From a virus (lineage: Duplodnaviria; Caudoviricetes), in IMG/VR virus record IMGVR_UViG_3300037237_000100, positions 1 to 25,774 of that record: DNA of 25,774 bases. One strand, 5' to 3'. The position numbers and the translations under genes are program-made. Below are positions 13,927 to 23,700 of the stretch, piece after piece (positions within the stretch are counted from its first letter, which is position 1; each line of letters opens with the position of its first letter). Under the pieces are notes generated by a model, which saw nothing but the letters and a program-made list of their open reading frames with translations, did not search any database and was not told where the DNA came from.

Positions 13927-16900
13927 GTGGCGGACCCCCAGCTTCCAATTGTCAGCGTGGATGAAGCGAATAATGGGGGCTATAGCGCCACCCCGCCGCC
14001 TGCTGTATCCGCCCCTCAGCCTATTAGCGCCGACGACGCCAACAGCGGAGACTATACCGCTGCCCCGCCGGCACCAGCCCCGCAAGCTATTAGCGCCGAT
14101 GAAGCGAATAAGGGGGACTATAGCGCCACCCCGCCGCCTGCTGCGCCGGCCCCACAAGCCATTAGTGCCGATGAGGCCAACAGCGGAGCATATAGTGCCC
14201 TACCACCAGCCCAAGGTGAAACCGAAACCGCCCTGCGACGTGGCCTTCATGAAGCCCCTGCGGCTTTTGGCTCAATTCCAGCGATGGTGGCTGGCGCGGC
14301 GCAAGGTACAGAATGGGGTCTGGCTGCTGCGCCCTTTCTTGGCCCTCTTGCACCTGCTGCTCCGATTGTTGGCGGTATTGCTGGTGGTTTTGCTGCTGGT
14401 GGCATCGCTGGCTATGTCCTACAAAAGGCATCGAACCTTATCCAAACGGCCTTGGGGGTTGACGAAAGCGCTCAACTAGAAGCAAACAAGGAAGCAAACC
14501 CCACGTCTGATGTGGTTGGCGGCGTCTTACCGTGGCTTGCCACAGGCCGGCCCAGTATGCAACTCGCGTTGAAGACCCGCCTGCCTATGGCCGCTGCTGG
14601 TGCCGGGTTCTCGGCGTTGCAGCAAGAGGCTCAAACTGGGCACATTGATCCGACAGAAGTCGCTGCCAATGCCGCCGTGATGGGGCTTACGGACAAGCCC
14701 TGGGGCATTGGGAAGCCACTGGCTGCGCTAGGTGAACGGTTCTCTGTACCGCCGCGGGCCGCTATTGGAGTGTCTGAAAGTCCGCCTCCACCATCCCAAA
14801 CTGCGGACGTGGGCAATGACACCAGCCCACCTATACGTGACCAAGGTAACAAGGGTACATATGCCAAGAAACCTGAGCCTACTGAAGGCTCTAAGTCCAT
14901 GGCAACCCTCGATCCAGCCACCGGGCTAGACGAAGCAACCTTGGGGGTTCTTGACAAGTCCCTTGAAGCTTCTGCCTTGAAGCCACCAAGCGGCGATAAG
15001 CCATCTATTACGACACAACGTAAGCCTGGAGTTGACATGGAGGCAGCGGCCCGGGCGGCTGAGCAAATGCCAGCGCCGGCGGCTGAACCCCCGCCGGCTG
15101 GTCAATCCCCAATTTCAGATCGCCTGCCTACGCTTGACGCACAACACGCTCAGGACATTGCAGCAACCACTGATGCAAAAGCCCAAGCCGAAGCGTTGCA
15201 AAACATCAAGGCTAAACAGGCCGGACACGACCAACCTCTTACGCCTGCGGAAGAAGCTGCTCCTGAACGGGCCGCCGCGCCAGCTACGAACCCCAATTTG
15301 CGAACGGTTCAATGGACCGATCCGCATTTACAAGGTCTCAGGGTCGAAACCGCGGACCTTGGCGACAAGCTTAGCCAAATGAGCCCGGACGGTAAGACCT
15401 TGCAACTATCCGCCAAGGTGCCAGAGAGCATCCAGGTAGGCGATAAGACCTTGAACCCGGCAGAACCCCTGGCCGTGCGTGAACGCGCTACACAGTTAGG
15501 TACGGAAAAGGGGCTCAGCCTTGACGACGCCACCAATAAGGTCGGCATTCCATCAGAGAACGACTGGTTGAAACAGAAGGGTTATGACCCAGCTGCCTAT
15601 CAAAAAACCATGGACGGCCTGCGAACGGGTGAAACCGCGCCGCCAGCGGCCCAGGCAGCGATTGAAGCTGGGCCAACCAAGGCGGCACTAAGGGTGCAAG
15701 CACGACAAGAAGCCGAGGCTCGCGCCGCTGCTGATACTATTCCGCTTCAAACCAAGCCTACCAGCGTGCAGCCGGCGAACCGGGTGCGGCCTGTTGTAGA
15801 TATGGGCATGGGCGAACCGGCGGCGCAGGAGGCCCCAGCAAAAGTGGTGCCAGGGAAGGACGCTGCCCAGAAATTGCTGGATGCGCGTACCGATCTGCCC
15901 CAGGATACTCGCCAACGTATGCAGGATGTTATCGAAAGTGATAACATCCCGGGTATCCGGGCTGTTCTTACCCAAATGCGGAATAAGGCCAACCGGACCA
16001 CGCTAGAAGGCTCGGGGGTCCAGGTCGCTCCGGAGGACGCGGCGGCAAAGCAGAGGGCAATCGACGTATCGACGGCGGCAATTAATGCCTTCCCAGATAA
16101 GTCCAATCGGCCAGCGACCACACCTTCCGAGATAGCCGCCCTGCGGGTTCGCGTACAAAATATGCTCGACCATGCAACGGCGGCAAATGGGGGGACAAGC
16201 CCCCTCGATGCATATAAGGCCCGCGAGAAGCCCGCAGCATGGGAACTGCTGCGCGAGGCCCACAATATGCTCCAAACCAAAACTACAACGCCAGAGCAAG
16301 CGCTGGAGTTTAGTACAAATGAAACACTCGCTCGCGGCGCATTGAAGGATGACCCAAATGCCACCAACACCCTGGGAACTCGCCGCATTGAAAGCGATAT
16401 TAGCTTCAAGGGAAACCCTGAAGAAGCCGTCCCGCAGGAAACCCTTACCGAAGCGAGGGAGCGGTCGGAAGCGGAAGTCGAGAAAAACCTCACCGCCGAC
16501 ATGCAAGACCTAGGTAAGACCCACGACCTATCGACCGCTGCGGGGCGCGACCAAATACAGACGGATACCGAAAAGGTAGTCCCCAATCTGATTGCGGCCA
16601 TTGACAAGAAGGCAGCCGCAGCCCGGTGGGATCGTAGTGCTGAAGAACTGGCTGAAAAGAACCCGCGGGTCAGGGAGGCAGCGTCGCTCGTAAAGCGCGG
16701 CTCTCCCGATGCCCCTCTGCCCGAGCCACAAAGCGGTACAGGGCGGTCTATCCCCCTCACTGATGATGTAATCAAGGCAGCCCTGGCCTCTGCCGACAAG
16801 GTGAAAGCCCGCACGGATAAGGCCGCCTATCGCCCTAATGCTGAAACGATTGATAGTCCCGACGCCCTACGACTGAAGGACCTTCCTAGTAAGTTTCTGG

Positions 16901-19653
16901 GGGACGAGGCAGGATCGCTCAATACCGACCGTATTCACGCCGACCTAAAGACAAAAGCCGATATGTTCCGCAGGTTATCCAGCGAGTGGTTTGGGGCAAC
17001 ATGGAACGACCCGCAGCGCATAGCCAAGTCTATTATGACAAAGATGCTGACCCACGGCGACGTTATGAAGACCGATGGGCGCGAGATGTTCGACGCTACA
17101 TGGCACGAAATAGATAAAACATCAACGCCGAAAGAGTTTTTCGGGTTCCTCGACGCCATGGAGAAGACCGCAGCCTATACCGAACCATTATCGGGTGTAG
17201 GGCCGCGCCCAATTAATAAGGCAGAGTTGCTCGATCAGCTTGGTAAGAGCGGGGTTGCGCCGGACCGCGCGCCCCTTCTGGCCGATATGGCCCCCCTGTT
17301 CCGTGAGCCTCTGGACCAAATGTTTCGGGAGGACCTTAAATACGGTAGCACCGCCGAGTACATCAAGACATATGTTCCCCACTTTTTTGGCAATACAAAA
17401 GTGAATGGTATGTCAGTAGAAAAGTGGATACTGGCACGCAACGCGGCGCGAACCCCAACTGTTGGGTCAACCACGTTCCAGCAAGAGCGGGTGTTTGATA
17501 CTGTGCAGGCGGCGTTAGCCCATGGGTTTAAGCTCCGCTATGAAAGCATAGCCGATTTGCTTGGAGCCCGCTATGCAGCGTCAGTAGACTTCCACATGCT
17601 GATCGGCAGCCTGCGAAAACTAGAAGAATATGGGCTAGCAGTACCCGAGATGGATGCTAGTGGTGCCCAAAAAAATTGGCCTAATACCGACGGCAAACAA
17701 TATATCGCGCCGGATCATAACACCTGGTTTATCCACGCCGATGGCGTACCCTCATTTGAGAACGCAGTGGCGAATACCGGCTTACGAAACGCCCCCAATG
17801 TCGGCGGCTCTATGTACCGGTTTTGGTTGAAAGCCAAAGCGGTATGGGTTCCTATAGAACTGATCTTTACCGCGTTCCATCCGGTCCACGTCCTCGGCAT
17901 TAACCTAGCGGAAAACCTTACAGGGGCCATGCATGAAGGGTTTAACTCACCGGGTGAGGCATACACACAGATCAAGACGGCGTTAAAAAATTCGGCTACG
18001 CAACCGTTTCTTATGCTTCCCCTTGACAAAATGCCACTGGGACTAGGTGAAAAGTATGCCCAGACCAAGATGGGGACAGCACAAGAAGCTGCTAAAAATA
18101 GCCAAATGGTGCAGTGGTGGAAAAAACCTGAGGCCGACCGTACCCCTGCGGAAAAACGGTGGCAGGCACTAGCCGAGTCCGCGGGTATGCTCCGAGAACA
18201 GCCCCCCGCTGAACGTATTATAGCGGATAGGGTATTATCGAATGCGTGGGATCGAGGCGAGTACCCGACTGCTGCGTTAGCGCTTGGCCGAGTGGCCCTA
18301 CAAAAAGCGTCCGCCGGTATGTTTACGAACTGGATACCTGACTTAAAAATGGCCGCGTTTCAAAACGCGGCGGCGAGGGCACTGAGGATGGACCCAGACT
18401 TACTCAGCGATAGCCGAAGGCGCGACTCTGTAATGCGGATGATCGGTAGTAATATTCATTCACGCTATGGTGAAATGAATTACAAGTCCATGCTCTGGAA
18501 ACCCATTGCACGCGATGTAGGCGTAGGTAGCTTCTTGTCCCTAAGCTGGCAGTTAGGGATGGTCAACCAGCTGGCGGGGGCGGCGCGAAACCTTATCATG
18601 CGGGCTGGTGGCAAAACGATGGAGCAGGCTGGCACGTATCTGCACGACGCTACCCTGGAAGCAGCAGGGAAAGAGCGGCAAGGGACGAGCCTGCAACAGA
18701 CGCTATATAAACACTCCAACAGCGGTACCTATGTGATGACTTATGTTGCCACTAGCCTACTGTTTGGGGGTGCCTTGAGCTATATGCTTAGTGGGAAACC
18801 ACCAAAAGGCCTTGACTATTCGTATCCGCAAAACGGAAACACCAATCCAGACGGCTCCCCCGGCAGATACACACTGCCGTTCAATACCCGGGAAGGGCCG
18901 ATGTTACAAAGCCACGTCACTGAGTCGGACTCAGTGGTGAAGGGGTTTAGCCAGCTTCTCTACAATAAGCTGATTATACAGCCTATTGTCGAGGCCTTCC
19001 AGAACAAGGATAGCTTGGGAAACGAAATGTACAGTGTTCATGCGTCCCCCTTCATGACAGCATTGCAACTTGCTGACAGTGAATTAGGTAGACATTTTAG
19101 CCCTATCTCGATTACAAACGCCAATCGGTCCAAACAGCTAGGCGGGGGTACCAAAGATACTATTGCCGCCTATTTAGGCGCAGCGCCAGCGCCGGCTTAT
19201 GTCAACCGGCCCGGTTTAGATGGCCAGATTATGAACTTGTATCGGGAACATAGCGCCCCCTCGGAGCGGCCCTATGAAATCAGCGGGACCGGGCTCGTAA
19301 AGAGCATCTTTGGTGGGAAAAATATTGCTCAACAGCGACAAGACGCGCGAAACGCTAAGTTCCAGGCTATCCAAAGTGGTGATAAAGTCGCTGAACAAAA
19401 GGCAAACGAGGCGCTCCGTAGCACCGGCGAGGGCAACAATGCGATCCGTAATCAACGGCCCGGGTCTGATATACCATTCTTTTTCAGCCAGCTGCCTATT
19501 ACTGACCAGGCAATCCTTACCAAGCAGCTGGCCCAGGATACAAAGGATGGCAGAGCCCAATTCAACCGCCTCGTCATCACCAACCGTGGCATTCACGGGA
19601 AGGTGAAACGGCAGCTTCGGGAAGAGTTTGATAAAGAAAGCGTTAACCAATAG
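13927..19653 (+). CDS. Putative large internal virion (ejection) protein 3, 1908 aa
   Basis: SD AGAGGG and GTG start. N-terminal repeats, a glycine-zipper-like hydrophobic region (GGIAGGFAAGGIAG), an Ala/Pro/Glu-rich middle and a helical C-half with a hydrophobic segment (YVATSLLFGGALSYML). Last large gene of the virion arm. Confidence 0.7.
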   Translation: MADPQLPIVSVDEANNGGYSATPPPAVSAPQPISADDANSGDYTAAPPAPAPQAISADEANKGDYSATPPPAAPAPQAISADEANSGAYSALPPAQGETETALRRGLHEAPAAFGSIPAMVAGAAQGTEWGLAAAPFLGPLAPAAPIVGGIAGGFAAGGIAGYVLQKASNLIQTALGVDESAQLEANKEANPTSDVVGGVLPWLATGRPSMQLALKTRLPMAAAGAGFSALQQEAQTGHIDPTEVAANAAVMGLTDKPWGIGKPLAALGERFSVPPRAAIGVSESPPPPSQTADVGNDTSPPIRDQGNKGTYAKKPEPTEGSKSMATLDPATGLDEATLGVLDKSLEASALKPPSGDKPSITTQRKPGVDMEAAARAAEQMPAPAAEPPPAGQSPISDRLPTLDAQHAQDIAATTDAKAQAEALQNIKAKQAGHDQPLTPAEEAAPERAAAPATNPNLRTVQWTDPHLQGLRVETADLGDKLSQMSPDGKTLQLSAKVPESIQVGDKTLNPAEPLAVRERATQLGTEKGLSLDDATNKVGIPSENDWLKQKGYDPAAYQKTMDGLRTGETAPPAAQAAIEAGPTKAALRVQARQEAEARAAADTIPLQTKPTSVQPANRVRPVVDMGMGEPAAQEAPAKVVPGKDAAQKLLDARTDLPQDTRQRMQDVIESDNIPGIRAVLTQMRNKANRTTLEGSGVQVAPEDAAAKQRAIDVSTAAINAFPDKSNRPATTPSEIAALRVRVQNMLDHATAANGGTSPLDAYKAREKPAAWELLREAHNMLQTKTTTPEQALEFSTNETLARGALKDDPNATNTLGTRRIESDISFKGNPEEAVPQETLTEARERSEAEVEKNLTADMQDLGKTHDLSTAAGRDQIQTDTEKVVPNLIAAIDKKAAAARWDRSAEELAEKNPRVREAASLVKRGSPDAPLPEPQSGTGRSIPLTDDVIKAALASADKVKARTDKAAYRPNAETIDSPDALRLKDLPSKFLGDEAGSLNTDRIHADLKTKADMFRRLSSEWFGATWNDPQRIAKSIMTKMLTHGDVMKTDGREMFDATWHEIDKTSTPKEFFGFLDAMEKTAAYTEPLSGVGPRPINKAELLDQLGKSGVAPDRAPLLADMAPLFREPLDQMFREDLKYGSTAEYIKTYVPHFFGNTKVNGMSVEKWILARNAARTPTVGSTTFQQERVFDTVQAALAHGFKLRYESIADLLGARYAASVDFHMLIGSLRKLEEYGLAVPEMDASGAQKNWPNTDGKQYIAPDHNTWFIHADGVPSFENAVANTGLRNAPNVGGSMYRFWLKAKAVWVPIELIFTAFHPVHVLGINLAENLTGAMHEGFNSPGEAYTQIKTALKNSATQPFLMLPLDKMPLGLGEKYAQTKMGTAQEAAKNSQMVQWWKKPEADRTPAEKRWQALAESAGMLREQPPAERIIADRVLSNAWDRGEYPTAALALGRVALQKASAGMFTNWIPDLKMAAFQNAAARALRMDPDLLSDSRRRDSVMRMIGSNIHSRYGEMNYKSMLWKPIARDVGVGSFLSLSWQLGMVNQLAGAARNLIMRAGGKTMEQAGTYLHDATLEAAGKERQGTSLQQTLYKHSNSGTYVMTYVATSLLFGGALSYMLSGKPPKGLDYSYPQNGNTNPDGSPGRYTLPFNTREGPMLQSHVTESDSVVKGFSQLLYNKLIIQPIVEAFQNKDSLGNEMYSVHASPFMTALQLADSELGRHFSPISITNANRSKQLGGGTKDTIAAYLGAAPAPAYVNRPGLDGQIMNLYREHSAPSERPYEISGTGLVKSIFGGKNIAQQRQDARNAKFQAIQSGDKVAEQKANEALRSTGEGNNAIRNQRPGSDIPFFFSQLPITDQAILTKQLAQDTKDGRAQFNRLVITNRGIHGKVKRQLREEFDKESVNQ
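13945..14208 (+). repeat. Four degenerate 20-22-aa repeats (ISADEANxGxYSAxPP)
   Basis: VSVDEANNGGYSATPPP / ISADDANSGDYTAAPP / ISADEANKGDYSATPPP / ISADEANSGAYSALPP. Confidence 0.92.
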
Positions 19654-19662
19654 GAGGTACAA

Positions 19663-19977
19663 ATGCCAAGTAGTTCACCAGCTCAAGCCCGGTTAATGGC
19701 CGCCGCTGCACATACCAAGGGCGGGTACGGGGGAGTTCCCCAGTCCGTAGGACGTGACTTCAACTCGAAAGATAAAGGTACAGCCATGTTGAGCAAAGGG
19801 ATGCATCCTCAAACCACTTCATACGCCGCTGGGGGCCCTGTGCTGGGCCGCGTCCGGGACTTCATTAAGGAAGGGTCCCCGTTCGTCACGAACAAGGAAA
19901 CGCAGGACTATACGAAGGGCAAATCCGAGAAAGAAGGCGCTTCCAAAACCCTGAAGACGGTTAAGCCAAAATCTTAA
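19663..19977 (+). CDS. Small basic protein with YAAGG motif
   Basis: SD AGGAGGT. The MPS.S..Q...MAA.AH....GVPQSVG.DF...DKG pattern is recalled from environmental phage proteins. Lys-rich C-terminus. Confidence 0.8.
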   Translation: MPSSSPAQARLMAAAAHTKGGYGGVPQSVGRDFNSKDKGTAMLSKGMHPQTTSYAAGGPVLGRVRDFIKEGSPFVTNKETQDYTKGKSEKEGASKTLKTVKPKS

Positions 19978-20531
19978 CCGTGTGAGAGAGGGGCTGCGCC
20001 AGCGAGAGCCTTGCTATCAAGGAATATTCGCATCTGCTGGGGAACCTCGGCAAAATCGGTGAAGCCTACGTTGAACACTTCGGTACCCCACTTCTTCATG
20101 CGGGTGGTTAATGTCCCTTCCAGGGACTTTTCCAGCACCTTCAGATCAGCTTCCAGATCGACTAGGGTCAATTCCCGTACACGCTGGGCTAGATGGGTCA
20201 TGGCAAGCCCGGCGGTGCTTTCCACGAAGTCCTGCACCCCACAGCCGTGCGCTACAACGTCAACAATCCGGTAGCCTATGTTCACTTTGAAGCACACCAG
20301 CTTCTTGTCCTTTGTGATCACCGACTGGACAGGCAGGTCAATCACGTCATCCACTATTTCGTAGGCCTCATACTGATGCACGAACCATATTTTCCAATGT
20401 ATCCCCGGCATCATTTCTTGTGGGTTCTTGCCAACCGTCCACCGGATGCCACGCTCATAGCTCTTTACAATGACGAACGGGAACAACGACATTAGGTTGT
20501 TCAGGATCATCTCTATGAGGGTGCTATTCAT
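19974..20531 (-). CDS. SPFH/band-7 domain protein
   Basis: IVKSYERGIRW..GK.....PGIHW and LPVQSVITKDKK.V......YRIVD are stomatin/band-7 signatures. Confidence 0.85.
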   Translation of the reverse strand: MNSTLIEMILNNLMSLFPFVIVKSYERGIRWTVGKNPQEMMPGIHWKIWFVHQYEAYEIVDDVIDLPVQSVITKDKKLVCFKVNIGYRIVDVVAHGCGVQDFVESTAGLAMTHLAQRVRELTLVDLEADLKVLEKSLEGTLTTRMKKWGTEVFNVGFTDFAEVPQQMRIFLDSKALAGAAPLSHG

Positions 20532-20773
20532 TTTTTCTTCTTTTCTTTTGGTTCAACTGCGTCCAGCATTTGTTTAAGTTTCTCGGGCGTCTCTTTCACG
20601 CAGAATATCTGGTCACTACCCCCCGTGTAAATAGTGGTCCATTTGCACCCAGTCCCGCTCCCAGCCCCTAGCCGGAACGGGCCCACGTCATCTGGCGAGA
20701 ACCAGAGCGTTGCCCCATCTGGTGCCGTTAAAGGCAACAGGGTGAGCAACAGCGCTGGTCCTAGCCATTTCAA
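20528..20773 (-). CDS. Small hypothetical protein with hydrophobic N-terminus
   Basis: 4-nt overlaps with both neighbours. LT..DG..LW....V...TTIY....CVKETPE is weakly reminiscent of FlbD/SwrD-like small proteins. Confidence 0.6.
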   Translation of the reverse strand: MKWLGPALLLTLLPLTAPDGATLWFSPDDVGPFRLGAGSGTGCKWTTIYTGGSDQIFCVKETPEKLKQMLDAVEPKEKKKK

Positions 20774-23700
20774 GCTACCACTCCCGCAGGCTGCAAGTCT
20801 TCCACTTCGTGCGGGGTATGCGCCAACATGGCACTTTCCAGGATCGACCCAACAGGTACGGGAATTTGTATAACATGTTCCTGGAGCCCGGTTCTGTAGG
20901 ACGTACCAGCTCCGAGAATAGCTATAATCGTCTCTGCCTTATATAGCTCTTTCAAGCTATTTGTAATCTGCACCGGGGAGGTATTAGTGTCGCGTAGATA
21001 GGCGGCAAACACCCGGCGCGAAAACCGGAGCAAACGATCATCTACTGCCCACTGCACATGAATAGGCCGCGGACGGTTCTGGTCGGGGCCGAATATAAAC
21101 GACACCTGCTTAGGCTTCCCGCGCCCCATGGGGAACGTCCCCGTAAAGAGGGCGTTTTCAATGTTCGCCTGTAAGAACCCTGTCAGGGCTTCATCGGTGT
21201 TGATCCGCGATCCGCCTTCCGTCGCTTCATCAACCATGCGGGCCCGGTTGGCCTGATAGGCAACTTTCAGAAACTCCGTGAGGGCGTCGGTATTAATCTG
21301 GGCACCGAAGAGATTGGCGTACCCAGCACCGGCGAGCAACGTCCCGCAGACCGCGACCCAATACCTTTCCTCTTTCGTCGCTTGAACGGACGCCGCGAAC
21401 CTATTGCAGATACCCTTTGTCAATTCATCCGAAGCATCTGGGCTATTGGCCAGCAAGCGAGCATACTTGAGCCCCACTTGCCCATAGTTGTGTTCGAGTT
21501 CCTGGGTCATGCGGCTGGCGTCGATTGTATTAATCTGGCCCGGCGCATTGTCCAGTTTGAGAATGTTGTACTCAAACACTCGATACATACCCGCAGTGGT
21601 CGTACGCTGGTCGGACACCACGTAGTCAACCATGCTTATATTGGAGCAAGTGACTAATAGGTTTTGCCAGTCGTCCTTATCCCGCTGCTCGATATTAGAG
21701 GTCAACCGTCCCCCGCCGACACCTTCAGACCCGTTGAAGAAGGTGTTGTAGACGTGTTTCTGGACTTCCTTATTGCGGATTTCGTCCCAAAACACGGGCA
21801 GATTGCGGATTTGGCCCATCTTGTGGATGACCGACTTGGAAGTTGAGTTGGTTGTTTCCTTACCCTTCTTCGGGTGGCCCCAGACCGCGAGCCCAACCTT
21901 TAGCGCCGTTGACTTACAGACCCCAGTGGGGCCCCAGACGCTCAATAGGGCGGAATACTCGCCGGTGGTGACCATTAGCGGGGACGCAAACGCCGCGGCA
22001 ATAATGGCATCCAGCTCCGGGCGCTTCTGGGCGTTCACCATGCGGCACGCTTTACCCCACGGGTCAATGTTGCCGACAGGCTGATAGATCGCCCGGAGGT
22101 TTTTGTCCCCCATGCCCGATGGGCCATCGGAGCCATCGTCCTTCATAATCAGGCCGCCGTACACAAACCCGTGTCGGGCTGCATCTTTAAGGGGATCAGG
22201 TTTGTCCATCCACCAGCCGAATGGAACAGAGATAACGGACTCTTGTGCATCATGCAGTTTTGTAAGCCACGCCATGAGAAACTCCGTGAGGTAGCGGACG
22301 CCGGGAGGATAACACTTAACTCCCGCACGGCCTAGGGTTCGTAACAAGTCAGGTCCGCCAGCTTGAATTACTTCAAGTTCTATATCTATTTGCGATACAT
22401 GCCCTTTATCGACGCTAGCCGTAAAGTGCAATTCATGAGGGCCGGAAGACGCCCAAGGGGACGATATCCGGCAAGTGAAAATCTTGGTATAGATCGGAAG
22501 CGGGGGACCTTCCTCCTGTTCTTCCAGTTTCACCTTGCATATATTTCCGTCTTTGTCAACTCCGAACCCCTCAGGCATCAGGGTGCTTACAGGTTGGCCA
22601 GCCACTTGCGAAATGACGGGCTTGGACGGTGGCGCGAGCGCGAGATGAAGGGGGGATTTACCTTCTTTGAAGTGCGGGCACGTCGCGCAGGCCGTACAGC
22701 CACTAGCTTGTATGGCTTTACAGCTGGGCCATCCAAGAAGTCGATCCTTACGTTCTTTAAGTTTGCGCTCCCAAAGGGCCTCGCTAGTTGCAACATCGTA
22801 CTCGGCATGTCCTCGCCCCATCTTATGCGCAAGACTATGCCCCTCTTCCAAAAACGTCGCGGCGAGGGTCGTGAGGTTCCACATCGGCTGGTCATAGTCT
22901 TTACCTCCGGTTAGAAGCGCATTCCGCAGGAATGCGCAACCTTTCATTATCGGCTTCGGGTCGAGCGGGCGGTCTTCTTTTTGGAGCCCTTCCGCGAGGC
23001 TTTCTGCTTTAAGCCCTGCAAATGCAGCAGGCGTGCCTTTGTCTGCCCAGCTTTCATATCCAGGTGCCACTGCGCCAGTTCCCGATTTGCGTTCCGAATG
23101 AGCCGCCATCGGTGGAAGCGTGCTAAGAGCGATGCTAAAATCATAGTCAGTCTCCTGTAGTCCCAGAAGCTTTACGGGACGTGGGGGGTCAATTTTACAG
23201 TTAAAAGTACCAGATAGACGAAGCACTCTAGCACTATCAATAGTGCAACCAGCGTCGCAACGCAGCCCAAACTTGAGCGCCGCATTTTTAAGCCCTTCAG
23301 CATATGGCCTCCATTCGTCTAGTGTGAGAGAACGATTACTGAGAAAATAAACATGTAATCCGCCCCCAGAACTCACAATTGCGGTAGGCATGGGGAGGTT
23401 TGCGGAATGCACAAATTGCCCAACCGCATCAAGGGCTTCCATTATTGACGTATAGCCTTTCGGCGGGTCCTTTACGTCCACATCAAGCCAAATTGCCTTT
23501 AGGGCTATAGCATTCGCTTGGAGCCGAATAGGCTTTTCTTTCCCGTTCTTGTCTGTTCGCATAGCAGACTGCAAAGACAGGCAGTAATATATGTCTTTCA
23601 CAAATGGCTGTTTCGCGGCCCATGCCGTCTGTTCCATGAAGCCGTCAAGCGTTCGTGTTGGCTTGCCAGACCAAAAAACTTTATCCCCAGTCTTGGCTGT

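Noticed and set aside
15747-16814. 355-aa antisense ORF, and similar ones at 11836-12603, 3062-3679 and 23518-24072
   Set aside because: These are shadow frames of long GC-rich genes, with no recognisable motifs.
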